A stretch of 64,000 nt of DNA from Callorhinchus milii (GCF_018977255.1 NW_024704743.1:17610001-17674000); one strand, 5' to 3'. Shown: positions 37,861-50,614, counted from the stretch's first letter. Notes: a model not told the origin generated them from the letters alone. Program-made: numbers and translations.

Positions 37861-39049
37861 ACGGGGCGGCTAAATACATTTGCACCTTTGTACTGAGTAT
37901 AATTAAGGACAGTGGAGGGGGGTTTCATCCAAACCAATACTTCATCAAAATTATGAGGGGTTTTGATGAAGTAAACAGAGAAATTGTTTCCATTGGTCAG
38001 TGAGTCAGTAATTAGAGGGCGTAGATTTAAGATCAATATTAAAATATAATAATAAATAATAATAGAATAATAAGAGCAAAGGAGAAATGCAGTTAGGAGA
38101 AATGTGCTTACACATAGTGTTGTTAGGACCTGTAAAATCCTACCTAGAAAGGTGGTTGAGACAGAATCCGTATTAGATTTTTAAGAGGGAATTACATAAC
38201 TACTGTATTTGAAAAGGACAAATACAAACTGGTCTGGGGAAAAGGCAGGATAATAGGACTAAATGGGTAACTCTTTCAGAGTCTCTAGCTCTTTCAGATA
38301 GCCAGCAAAGACAAAATGGGCTGAATTCTGTGCTGTTAGATTTTTGTGTTTCTATGTAATATTTAGCACAGCTATTTCTTTTTTTATTCTCTACTTTGGT
38401 AAAAAGAGTAGGAAGGAGTAGGATGTTTCTGGTGCTCCTTTGGAGAATGTCATGTCAGGTCTTTCTGTTACACACTGGAACCATGCCTATGCAGAAGGGA
38501 GCCAAGGGAGCCACTTAATACTTACTAGCTGACAAGAAATCCTTTTACAGGCACTGAATACTATTAAACAAAATCTATACTGGTCTTGAGAAATCACCAC
38601 AGTATTGATTGAATTTTTCCAAGAGATACTGTTGCTGAATCTACTTCCTGACCTAAGCCTTAGTCTGTAAGACTTTTATTTTATCTTAAAATTTAAGATT
38701 GTGGAAACTTCTTAAATTCTGCCTTAATTTAGAAGTTGGTTCTTTTTAAGAACCGTAGAAAAGAAATAGCTTCCAAATTACAACTCAAGTAAACAATTTT
38801 CCATAATTTAAAATTTTAAGAGAAAACTGACTTTCAGACTAAGTCTAGGTGGAATTTGGGGGCATCTAATCAGCTATTAAAGGTTACAGCAAGAAAAACA
38901 ACAACTTGCATTTACATAGCGTATACGTAGTGTGCTGGGGATCTTGACAGTGGTGGAGTCTGACCCCGAGCCAGAAGGAGGGGGAGGTGACTGTAAGCAC
39001 GATCAAAGGAGGTCAAAGGAAGGTCTTTGGGTGGGATTTGTTATTAACA

Positions 39050-39229
39050 ATTCTGCGGAATTAGGTAAGCAACCTGCGCCCCTCCAGAAAGAGAGCGTGC
39101 ATTCCATTTCATACATGGGAATTTGCATGTGTAGGTGGGATACACAGAACTCTTAGTCTGGTTTGGGTACTCTTTAAGTGTAGTGATGGTTTTTTTGAGT
39201 GTGGCAGACACCAAGCTGACCAAAATAAA
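39050..39229 (+). mobile_element. Family X, 3' fragment ending GCTGACCAAAATAAA
   Basis: GAATTAGGTAAG, CATGTGTAGGTGGGA and GCAGACACCAAGCTGACCAAAATAAA. Confidence 0.75.
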
Positions 39230-39661
39230 CCTTATAAATGCGGAGAACTGGAGGAGAATACATGAGTTTTTCCATAAAAAGAAAGGGATTCTGGAGTCAA
39301 TGTCAAATGTTAACTGACATCATATAAAGAATCAAAATACTCCATTTTCTCTCAGTGGTTTAATGCTTTTAATAATATAAGAAGAATCCTTGCATTTGTA
39401 GGAATCTCTTTACCGTAGGTGTTTTTGTGAGTAACTGCAATAATCCCAGATATTCCCAAATCCTGAGATTATCTGTAATTTTGTAACAGAAATATAACAA
39501 AAGGTAAAATCTTATAGTGCAGCATTGCTGATTAAAATAAAGCACTGCATTATAATTTCTGGATAATCGTAGGATCCCATGTATTTTATATGGATTCCTA
39601 TTTATTTTACGTAAAGTACATGCAACACTATAATTACCTTCTTTATATTTATCTTTGACTA

Positions 39662-39748
39662 TCTTCCTGTTCGACATTAACCTTTATAGTGATTTATATG
39701 GATTTCTTTTACATAAATCACTATAAAGGCTAATGTCAAACTGGAAGA
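39662..39748. repeat. 87-nt hairpin: 38-bp arms with 4 mismatches and an 11-nt loop
   Basis: TCTTCCTGTTCGACATTAACCTTTATAGTGATTTATAT pairs with ACATAAATCACTATAAAGGCTAATGTCAAACTGGAAGA. Confidence 0.9.
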
Positions 39749-39962
39749 GCAACAAATTAAAGAAATGAGGCTCCAGGTTGGATATACTCATTGGGATTGA
39801 TGTGAAATTTTTTTATATTTCTTCTCCCGCATTATTAAGTTTACATTTTTTTTAACCATGCGGTGGCGAGCTGTCTGATTGGCGCAGGCACGAAAGAGAC
39901 ATATCTGGGTTTTGACACGTGACACATATTTCAGTACTCTGCCTCAGCATCCATTGACTGTT

Positions 39963-40274
39963 ATAATAATCCTTGCATTTGATATAGCGCTTTTCACGTC
40001 GGGAGGACGTCCCAAAGCGCTTCACAGAACAAACTGTAAAGTGAATTGACTATATTTGTTGGCGAACGCGGCAGCCAATTGCGCACAGCAATGTCCCACA
40101 AACAGTCGTAGATTGAAAATGACCAATTTTATTATTGTTTTTGGTTTTGGAGGGATTATTATTAGGCGTATGGAGTAAGGAAACTTGCCCAAGGTTTCGC
40201 CCTCTGCCTGGAATTGAACTCAGGTCTCTCGCTTGCAAAGCGAGTGCTCTAACCACTGAGCTACAGGACTCCAC
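39963..40274 (-). mobile_element. SINE family A short subfamily with an L2A-type tail loop
   Basis: Full head with a TGC anticodon-like loop. The tail reads GCGCTTTTCACGTCGGGAGGACGTCCCAAAGCGC. Confidence 0.93.
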
Positions 40275-41260
40275 AAGACTGTTGGCCCTCAATTCTTGCC
40301 GTGGAGCAGTAGAAAGAACGCTTCAAAGCACATGCTTCACCGTCTGTTCTCAGAGGTCATCTGTTGTAAAACAAAAGGCTCTAGATAATATTTTCATATG
40401 AATTTACAGTGAAGTGGCTGTACAAGACAAGGTGTGAGTGAATACAGCAGCTAATATGTACACAGCAATGTCCCACAATTGAAGTGGATTGAGATGTCTT
40501 GCGATGTGTTAAGGCATTATATCAAATGCAAGGATTATTATTGTTTTGAGTAGTTGTGTTATATATTCTCAATCTTATTTTCATTTTCAGTCCCCTCTCT
40601 TGGATTTTAATGTCTTCACAACATACAAAGTTACTAATATTGAAGCGGGTTGTCTCACGACGACCAGAATTGTGTACAATACTCGAGGTGTGGGCTACTT
40701 CAATACAACTTCTGCTGATGTCATATGTAAAATGAACTATATTGCATCCGATTTTAATATTTAACTTGTTTTGCTCCAACGCATAGTCTATGGTGATTAC
40801 CTTCCAATGCTAAAGTAAAACTCCTAAACCAAAGTGTGAACTTGCAACAGTTCTAATTAGTTTGTTTTGGCTAATTAAATGGAGCGCTGCTAAATAATAG
40901 ACTTAATAATAATAATCCTTGCATTTGATATAGTGCTTTATCACATCTTTGAGACATCTCAAAGCGCTTTACAGAATATACTGTAAAGTGAATTGACTGT
41001 ATATTTTGTGGGTGAAACGCGGCAGCCAATTGCGGACAGCAGTGTCCCACAAACAGTCGTGGATTGAATGACCAAATTATTATTATTAATCTTTTTTTTC
41101 ATACATGTTCATCATACCTGAGTTATAAGAAATTTGAAATCTGAATGTCTTGAGAAAAATGAACTGAGATTACATGTGGCTTAAAAAAACTTTTTAATAG
41201 AAGAATAACTGTACCTCATTTTCTGCTTTAACTAATGGACTTTATTTTCTTACCTTATAG

Positions 41261-41327
41261 TGATCTGTTGTCGTCGCAGTATGTTGAAAGAAATATTGAA
41301 GCAGGAGGCAAGTCTGTTGAATCCAGG
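41261..41327 (+). CDS. ADAM22: ADAM22 internal coding exon (prodomain), 67 nt, phase 2 in / phase 0 out: (t)DLLSSQYVERNIEAGGKSVESR
   Basis: Branch-like ACTAAT at 41231, pyrimidine tract plus TAG acceptor ending 41260, GTAAGT donor at 41328. The peptide resembles recalled ADAM22 [22 protein letters not shown] and joins the next exon in frame. Confidence 0.92.
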
Positions 41328-41941
41328 GTAAGTCAGAGACGGAATTGTTTTGAGCTCTATAATTAAGATTTCCAGAATAACTCTTATTAAATTGTTACAT
41401 CATGGCTTATGGTCTGATTTTCCCATCTATTAGTGATTGTCTTTCTGATGTGATGGGCGCTATACAAGTCTTAATTTGTTGTTTATGATCCTACTCCATT
41501 ATTATATTTCCAAAAACTGTGGAAAAGGGAAACATTTAGCAGGTTCAGCTGATACTTATTTTTTCTTAAATTGTTTAGTCCTCTTTTTGAAAGTTCATCT
41601 CTATCTTCAAATTGCTCCCGTTCCTCTCCATACACAATCATGTAGAAAGCATTTCATTTTGTGGTCGCTGATGTCCACTGATATTGCTTAGAATCAACTG
41701 ACTTTACTCAAAAAATGAGCATGTCTGCCAATGAGAAAGATTTTCAGAAACTGTGACTGTTGAAAGTTATTGGTATTGTGTTTGGTGTTTCAATTGCACA
41801 CAGGGCAAATGTTGCTAAAGGTTTTAATGCAGGAAACAGAAAAATGTTATGAAATTCCAGAAGGTTGATCGGGCATGATTTACCCATTCCAAAGGGATTT
41901 GGGTTGCCATTTATATAGGTACTCTTCTCTCTTGCTTCTCA

Positions 41942-42631
41942 TGACCCTCCTCTTCGACCGTGCTTTCGATCTCCCTGTTTGCCCCCCAGCCCTCCACCCT
42001 CCCTGACCCTCAGCTCAGGTCAGTAACTTTGTCTGTCCAGCACCTTGGGACATCCTCCCGACGTGAAAGGCGCTTTACAAATGTAATTTTGTTGTTGATT
42101 ATTGATTCAATTAGTTGATTCTCATGTCAGCCTAATGTGCCATTACTTTCTATGCATGACCTCTGTTATCCATCTTAAATATAAGAACTACTTATTTGCT
42201 TGTTTCCAGCCTATTGGAACCATCCCTGCTTTTATTATCTCCCTCAAATGCCCATCAATAATATATATATCAATATAATATTATACTATATATCAATAAT
42301 CGCAAAACCCTTCCATTATATCCTAACCTCCTACCATCCTGTTTGCTCCCCCCGCCTAGCAGGCTCCATCCTGCTTCACGTCCCCTGCCTTGCTCGCCCC
42401 ACCCTCTGGAACTCGATCCCACAGTCCCTCTACCTCGCCTCCTCCCTTGCCATCTTCAAGACCCATCTCAAGACCCTTCTCTTTGACCGTGCTTTCGATC
42501 TCCTGCTTCCCCCCTGCCCTCCACCCTCCCCCATTCCGACCCCCAGCTCGGGTCCGTAACCCTGTCCGTCCAGCGCCTTGGGACATCATCCCGACGTGAA
42601 AGGCACTTTACAAATGTAATTTTGTTGTTGT
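41942..42631 (+). mobile_element. Two L2A 3' fragments in the same orientation (~41942-42097 and ~42320-42631)
   Basis: Both have GACCGTGCTTTCGATCTCC, the type A stem-loop and a TTG tail. Confidence 0.85.
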
Positions 42632-44538
42632 TATAATCCTTACATTTAGAATCGAGCCTTTCATTTGAGAGGACATCCCAAAGTGCTTCACAGGATATAC
42701 TGAAAAGTGGAGTGACTGTGTGTTTTGTGGGGTGTTTTGAAGTAGTCTTCAATGGCTTAGCCACCTACTCTAGCCCAATTCTTTTGTCATTCTCCTCAGC
42801 TCTTTGGATTCTGGCTTAATGCTCATTCCACAGTCCTTTATTCCACCACCATTTGCCAAGCCTTCAGCCACAAAGTCTCCTGGTAGTCTCACCTACAATT
42901 ATTTAGTTGTATTCTTTCTCTCCGTGCTTTTGTAACCTATCCCTTTCACCGTGCCTTTGGTCAATATCCATTATTTTCTTTCCTCTCCTTACTGGTGCTT
43001 AGTGCTCCCTTTCAACTCTACAAAGTGTTTTGAGACATTCATCCTACACGAAAAGCACTATATAAGTGCAAGCTGTTCTTGTAGTTACAATTCTCAGGGT
43101 GAAATTACAGTACTAAATCCAGGTAAAAAGATCCATCCACAGAAAACTGCTGAAAGATGAAGTTTTCAGGATATCTCAGCTCACAGATTTCTGTGAGGAA
43201 TTGTAAGCTCTGATGGTTCTTTGTTAGGAACCGTAGTGTGATTTGTAATCGGCATCTGTAAATCCAGTAATTTTACAAGTAAAGGTGAAGTCTTACATTA
43301 GCATCTATGCCATGATTATCTTCCAAGGCATCATTCAATCGACATACAAATTCCTACAGCCTTTCCCTGGAGTACTCCATTACAACATACGTTGACCATA
43401 ATAATTATTTGGTAAACAGTGACCAAATACAGATAGATAAACTGTAAGAAGAACACCGTCCTTTTATCATGAAGTTATGTATTTTATTTAGGAATAGTTG
43501 CAAGGCCACAGTTTACTAAATTGACACACACAAATGTAGTATAGACAACCTAAATGTTTAAATGTGGATTTGTTTAAATCTGAATACTGGCTAAACCAGG
43601 AAACATTTTTACCCTCTGATAGATCTGAGTGGTTCAGTGCAGCATTAGTTGTTTGGTGAATAGAAAACTACTGTAAGCTTTAATAATAATAATTATTATA
43701 ATAATTGTAAGCTTTGAGATGCATTTGAGCTTCTGATAGGTCTTGTCTGCCTGTTCAAGCGAACATTAAAGGGTCCAGGACGTTAATCAAATTGAGAAGT
43801 GACTTCTTAGTATCCTGCCAAAAAATGTAAAAAGTGATTATACTCTTCTTGACGTTTGGGGGACATTGCTGTCTATGAATTGGCTGTTGCATTTACTTAC
43901 AAATACACAGTCGCTAGATTTTTGCAGAAAACTTATAGATGTTTTGATGTGATGAAGCGCTATTTCAAATAAAAAGATTATTCTTATGATGAATGCACCA
44001 ATTGGAGATTCGACCTAAACCAGCAAACCATTGATGTGTCATTACAGCAGATATACAGTTATCTTGTTCAAGGGGAGATCCTCGTTGAATTGAATACTAG
44101 CATCTGAAAACTGAGCAACAGCTAAGATTGTTTCGTAGTGTACAATAATTACACCTATATCAAAATGCCTGTATATTGTCAAATTAAGGGGAAAAAATTA
44201 CATTTTCATTGAATTAGTGAGAGCAGGAAATGGTATTGTGTGAATGTGCCAGTGACTCCAGGATTACTTTGTTGTATCTCCCTCGTATTTGCACCATATG
44301 TTTGTGACACTTCAAGTTTGGCATGTGAGCAAAGGTATTCACAGTTTCACACCATGATAAATTCTCCTGTTTAGACTTAGAAATTTATCCTGACACAGAC
44401 CCAAGCACAAGGTTGATGCACACATTTGGCAAACACACAGTGACAGATTGGTTCTGCTCAATTTATTCTGGTTGATTTTTCAGTGCTTATTTGACATTGC
44501 GCCTTATCACATCTTTGAGACGTCTCAAAGTGTTTCAC

Positions 44539-45085
44539 ACAACAACAACAACAAGATTACATTTGTATAACGCCTTTCACGTTGGGAGGACGTCCGAAGG
44601 CACTGAACAGTATACAGCATTTCAGACCTGAGCTGGGGTCAGGGCAGGAGAAGGGAGGGGAAGGGCGGTGGCCGATGGCATGGTCGAAGAGGAGGGTTTT
44701 GAGGCGGGACTTGAAGGAGGCTAAGGAGAGGGCGAGACAGAGTGATGGGGGGATGGAATTCCAGAGGTTGGGGGCAGAGTGGCTGAAGGCTCTCCCGCCA
44801 ATGGTGGGGTGGGTTGAGGGACGTGGAGCAGGCCAGAACCGGCTGAGCGGAGGGAACGGGCGGGTTGGTAGGGGGTTAGGACGTCGCAGATGTGGGGTGG
44901 GGCGAGGCCATGGAGGGCTTTGTAGGTGAGGGCCAGTATCTTGAACGGGACCCTCTGAAGGATAGGGAGCCAATGGAGTCGTGCGAGAATGGGGGAGATG
45001 AGGTCACGGAGTTTGATGCAGGAGAGGACTAGAGTTCTGGATTATCTGCAGCCTGTGGAGGGAGGAGTTGGGAAGGCCGACAAGC
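44539..45085 (-). mobile_element. L2A 3' fragment inserted in a SINE 3' fragment
   Basis: TIGGRAFSHSAPNLWNSIPPSL..FKSRLKTLLFD and a (CAA)n tail. The SINE halves lie at ~44490-44538 and ~45086-45122. Confidence 0.9.
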
Positions 45086-45374
45086 TTGTAAAGTGAATTG
45101 ACTGTATATTTTGAGAGTGAACTCATAGTTTGATAGCTCAGTGCCATCTCTTCAGCCTCATTATTACAACATTGTTTTGCACTATTATTTGATTAGATGC
45201 CTGGAATTACTGCTAAAATATTCTATTATTTGTATTACATGACACTGTTGACATCTTTTCAAGAGAAACTTGAGTTACTGTGTGACATGTTAGTTGGAAA
45301 TATTGCCCAAAACGTTTCTGCTCACAAATATTTGTAGTACATTTTATAATATTAATAATCCTCGCATTTGTTAT

Positions 45375-45695
45375 ATTTGTTATAGTGCCTTTTGTGTTAG
45401 GAAGATGTCTCAAAGCACTTCACAGGATTTTACTGTGAATTGGAGTGACTGGATTTGTAGATGAACTCGGCAACCAATTTACGCACAGCAGTATCCCACA
45501 AAAAGCCATGAAGTAAATAGCCAATTATATTTGGATGGAACCTTGGTTTAACTTGTCATCCAAACGACAGACCACTGATAATGCAACAACCTCCAGCACT
45601 GTAATGGAGCGTGAGTTTGATTCCCAACTGGGGCTCGAACCCACAACCTTTTGACTCAGAGGTGACAGTGCTACTAACTGTGTCAAGCTGACACC
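45375..45695 (-). mobile_element. Deu-domain SINE with an internal deletion
   Basis: Head CTCGAACCCACAACCTTTTGACTCAGAGG..AGCTGACACC and the shared body. Confidence 0.8.
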
Positions 45696-47144
45696 TTAAT
45701 ATGCTAAAGCATGGCCCGCAGATGTTACATGTTATGAAAGCCCTTTTCTTTGACCATTGATAGTTTGACAAAATACCATTTTCCCCAAATCTGTCCTCTT
45801 CCTCCTCAAAGGTGTTTTGACTAATTCTCTTCCAGTGGGATACCGATTGCCCTCTATTGCTTTTCAGAATTGGTCATTCCCCACATGTCAGACTTGACAG
45901 TGTATGTTAGCAGCAATCAAGAGCTGGATTCCTGGCTGAATTTCTTCTCCGTAACCTGGGAATCTGAGGCCAATTGTAGCGCCTTCATGCTGCCCCATCT
46001 ACTATTGAGGCATGTCCCCAAAAATATACAATCAATTCATTTTCAGTGTATTTTGTGAAGCGCTTTGAGATGTGATAAGACCCAATATCAAATGCAAGTA
46101 TATTATTACCTGTTTTTTAAAAAAATCACAAAACAATAAGCTTGTTCACAACTGGAGTCCTGTTTAAACCAAGGAGACACATTTCTAGATAGAAACGGAC
46201 AAGGAACCAATTTCCATTTTCAATTTATTTACTTTTTACATTTTGTTTTACTCCTTTGTCTTTGAACAACATGAACCTCCCCTTCCCAGGTCGCTATCAA
46301 TGCTATTACTGATGCTATTCAATTGTAATGAACACTCCAGCTGTCTGGCCCACCTGTTCTAGCTTTGCACCATTGAGGAGGCAGGTTCACACCACTAAGT
46401 ACTTCTTCATAAAAAAACATGATGATCAGAAACGTTTAAGACAGTCATAGGCTCAGAAGTAATTGGTACCAATATAGTGCATCAGTGGCCTCATATTTAT
46501 TTGGGAGGATGTTTCTTTTTTATCCAGGTCTCTCGCATACCCATGATTTACTTCCACAAAAGCAGTAGTCTGCAGAGAATAATTAATACCTCTGCCAATT
46601 TACGGTTCTTATATTGCAACACCGCAGGCTATTCTAGTAATACTTCTCTTAGCCTCTTTTCAATCCATCCCAGGCCTATCTATTTTCAGTTTTATTGATA
46701 GTAGTTTGCTCTATTGTTCCCTGGGTGTAAAAGGTTGAACTTGTTGTATTATTTGTTGTCAAGTGAACCAAAGTTCACTTCTGCAGTAACTTTAAAGGAG
46801 ACCTACCAGAGCAGAGGTCTGATGGTCATGATTAGTAACGTGGATATACATCTAAGCCTGCAACTAATAACAGCACACAGCAGGTACCATCAGCCTTCAC
46901 AGTGTTGTACCAGTGACATTCAAGGGCCATGTTTTAGGCAAATGGCTGAAAATTCAGCAAGGTTTAATGTTTGCCAATGCCTCAGTGCTTCCCCATTTCA
47001 TTCATTGTTGGCTCTATGATGATGGTCTGGACAGTGGCTTCACTGAATCATTGCATTGAAGATAAATTATCCTTCCCTGGGTAGGATCTTCTTCAACCGA
47101 CACTGGCAGTTATATTTCACAGATTTTTGAGCTAAATTCAAGAA

Positions 47145-47404
47145 GCAAGGGAGAGGACCCAGGTTCGATTCCAGGGCAGGGCGAAACCTTAGGTAAGTTT
47201 CCTTACTCCACACACCTCTGTTTACCTAGCAATAAGTAGGAACCTGGTTGGTAGTCGGTTGGCGGATTGCTTTCCGGGGGTAATAATCCCTTCAACAAAA
47301 AAAAGATTTGGTCACTCAATCCATGAGTATTTATGGGACACTGCTGTGTGCAATTGGCTGCTGCGTTTTATCCACAAAATATATAGTCAATTCACTTTAC
47401 AGTA
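47145..47404 (+). mobile_element. SINE family A, truncated at both ends; a CR1 tail (-) follows at 47405-47495
   Basis: B box GGTTCGATTCC and the central domain, then TCATAGAATCATAGAATTATACAGCACAGAAGGAGGCC. Confidence 0.85.
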
Positions 47405-49859
47405 TCATAGAATCATAGAATTATACAGCACAGAAGGAGGCCATTTGGCCCATCGTGACTGTGAAAGAGCTATCTAAATTAATCCCAATCCCCCGTGCTA
47501 AAATTGCCCTTCACAATCCTGTTCCTGTGCCCTTTCTTGTGGTTGCATGTTACATCATCTTTACCTGTACATCATTATTTTTATTTTCTAACCTTTGGTA
47601 TACAATTTATAACCAACTTTTTGATTGCATTTAGTAAACCACACCGGGGACTCATTGAATACAATATTATTTCAGTGATTTGATTAAACATTGTAGCTCA
47701 CACTTAATCTTTTTATTTTATCTATTATTTTTAATATATTGGATGAATATTCTCCTGATGAAGCTGTTATTTGGATTAATATTGTATCTGACTGGTCCCT
47801 GCCATGAGTCTTCACCTTTCGTATATAATCTGTAAATTATAGGTAAACAGTTATATGTTTTGTGTTGAAAATGATAACTCTTCTTCCCTTGGAGAGGCTA
47901 TTGACTTTATAGCAGTAAATCTTTGGAATAATTCATAAATACCAACACAAAACATTCATTTCCTTTCCAATTTTACTCCTGTTAATAACTTTGATCCAGA
48001 TGCATTTCAAACAAAAAAGAACAAAATCATTACCTCTAACTAATCAACCACATCTGTTGTCTTGCTGAGCAGCAATCATCAATTTAGAATAGTTAGCTAA
48101 TATCTACAAGCACCTGACACTGATGGTTCTGAACTGGCTTCCCTGTGGACCTAACCTCGTGTTTCTCATTGTACTTTCAACTGCTTAAATGAATCATTTT
48201 GCGCATATATTTATCAACGTTTACATTTTTTGATGCATTATCTTTGAAGCCTTCCAAATAGTCTAATGACTTCATATATTTTAACAGTTATGGAGTCTAC
48301 TTATATTTTCTTGTGGAACAATCTATTAAATAAGTGTTCTGTGATGAGTTAGGCAAGATTTGAGCAGTAAAAGTATTGGTGATAGTTTGGCAGCTATTTT
48401 AAATGAAGTCTATTTTTTCCTGATGTTTCTCTTGTGTTGTGATGTATCCAGAATATATCCATCAGTGAAACAATACAAGTTTGTATAGTCCAATGGTGTG
48501 AAGATGAAAATTGGACAATTTAACATCCTGCATCTAGAAAACATTACTAAATTGATGGTTATATTCAAGGTAATCCATCATTATTAGATCCTTTCACTCG
48601 TTAAATGCATCTTTTATATAAGGAAGTATTCGTCAAGCTCCCAGACTGTATATTTGGATCACATGTTCCTCTGGGATTAAAGCTGAACCAGATTCAGTTG
48701 GCAAAACACCAAACACTGTAGTGTATTTTGCTGCCTGTGAGAATAGTTTAGGCAAGAGCATCTGAAACTAAACTTTCATAAAGAGGAAGTTAAAATTGAC
48801 CCTGTTAACCAAAATTACATGGTGCCAAAGGGTAAAATAGCCTAACTAGAAGCTACAGAAACCAACAATACTCTGGATGGGTTAGTAAAGACTAATTACA
48901 GTCTACAAAATTATGAATTTTAAATTGTAAATGTTCTACTGCACAAGGTCAGTTCAGTAACATTTGGGGCATTATATTCAGACCTTTTTAAACATCATTG
49001 AATCACAAACTATTACAGCACAGAAACAGAACCATTCAACCCATCAGGTCTGCACTTGTGTTTATTCTCCACATGATACAATTTAATCTCACTCTCCACT
49101 GCTCATTTCCATACCCTTTTAGTGTCTGTTCTTTTCAAACATCTATCAAATTTCCTTTAAAATTTCTCTTTCTGGAGTTTGCTTGGACTATGCTTTGTGG
49201 CACTGAATTTCATATTCCAGCCATCAAATACGTGTGCAATTCAAATTGCACTTGAAACAATTGGGCATCGCCAAGTATTAAAGTCTGATCTCAGTGAGAG
49301 TTATTGTCAACTCGAGAACCCTTCAGAGGTTTCAACAGCCATGTCACAAAGTATATAACACGCATGTTTCCACTTTTCAAGGCATTGCTTGAAATGGTTT
49401 TGAAATGGTTTGCTTGTAGATTTTTAAAGAATCCTTTTACTCTTGCTCTTTTGTTTCAGTCTAGTAAGTACCATAAAAGCAAGTATACACATCACACTGT
49501 TGTATTAAAAAAAACTCCCCTATATTATGTATTTGGAGGCTGATTGGAAAAACACCCACATCTTGGGCAATAAATTATACCAGAGACTCACAAGGTGTAA
49601 TTGAAGTATGCTGTATTAGATTTCCAATACATTTTATGTTATTGTAGCAACTGCAGATATTCTCATACAATTTTGCTCTACTATTTTTCCTTTGAAGCAT
49701 TTCATTTTATTGTTCACACCATGCAATCACAGTACTAGATTATCTACATTTTTTCTAGCACTAATGTCTCTACTGAATGCAGCATTATGTAAATCAGTTG
49801 GTTTTCATTTTCTGGTTGCAAATAAAAACATTTGTGTTACAAACAATGCTATGCTAGTG

Positions 49860-50192
49860 TGTGTCAGCCTGGCTCAGTTGTCTAATTTCTGAGTCAGAAG
49901 ATTGTGGGTTCATGCCCCTCTTCGGGACTTAAACTGACGTAGTCCAGGAAGTGGAGACTCCAATGCAGTGCTATGAGTGTGTTGCATTGTTGGAGGTCCT
50001 GCGCTTCGGATGAGACGTTAAACCCAATGGGCTCCCAATGTCCTGGCTTTTGAAACATTACGTGCATAAATTGGCTGCAGCATTCACCTATAAAATACAC
50101 AGTCAATACCGTTTACAATATATCTGTGAAACACTTTGAGACATTGTATAGTGCGTGAAAGACACTGTATTAAATGTAAGGATTATTATTAT
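49860..50192 (+). mobile_element. Deu-domain SINE with deletions
   Basis: GTGTCAGCCTGGCTCAGTTG head, CGGATGAGACGTTAAAC core and the shared tail. Confidence 0.8.
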
Positions 50193-50265
50193 ATATTTCC
50201 CTGAAAGAGGCTAATATTCTAAGGCAATGTGCTAAATTATGTTGTGTGTTGCTAATGCACACATT

Positions 50266-50614
50266 GTGGAGTCCTGTAGCTCAGTGGTTAGAGCTCTCTG
50301 GGTTTGATTCCCAGCAGGGCGAAATGTTGGGCAACTTTCCTTACTCCACATGCCTCTGTTTACCTAGCAGTAAGTAGGAACCCAATTGTTAGTCAATTGG
50401 CGGATCACTTTTCCGGGGATAATAATCCTTTCAAAAAAAACTAATAAATCGGTCACTTCAATTCACAACTGTTTGTGGGACACTACTGTGCGCAATTGGT
50501 TGCCTGTTTTGCCCACCAAATATATCCAGTTAATTCACTTTACAGTATATTAAGCACTTTGAGATGTCTCGAAGATGTGATAAGGTGCTATATCAAATGT
50601 AAGGATTATTATTA
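50266..50614 (+). mobile_element. SINE family A with the anticodon arm deleted
   Basis: Head start, central domain, body and tail. Confidence 0.9.

Larger units (their letters stand above)
37185..38355 (+). mobile_element. CR1 LINE 3' fragment split by a ~570-bp insert
   Basis: VQFW..ERIQRRFT..LQQRRLR..IEV up to ~37375. It resumes at ~37947 with KIMRGFD..LFPL..SV.RG.RFK and runs to a 3' UTR. Confidence 0.75.

Noticed and set aside
21033..40401. Recurrent short ORFs such as MESCSSVVRALAS.. and WSKETCP.. as a small-protein family
   Set aside because: They are translations of SINE heads in various frames, with no conserved start or stop.
1..41260. The preceding ADAM22 exon (expected ..ASFQ.DAFG..FILD..LN)
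   Set aside because: I found no matching splice-bounded sequence by eye. It probably lies upstream of the window, though a diverged exon could have been missed.
45905..45996. Fragment resembling an ancient LmeSINE1-like element (CTGAGGCCAATTGTAGCGCC)
   Set aside because: Too short, and recognised only from memory. It needs an HMM search before it can be listed.
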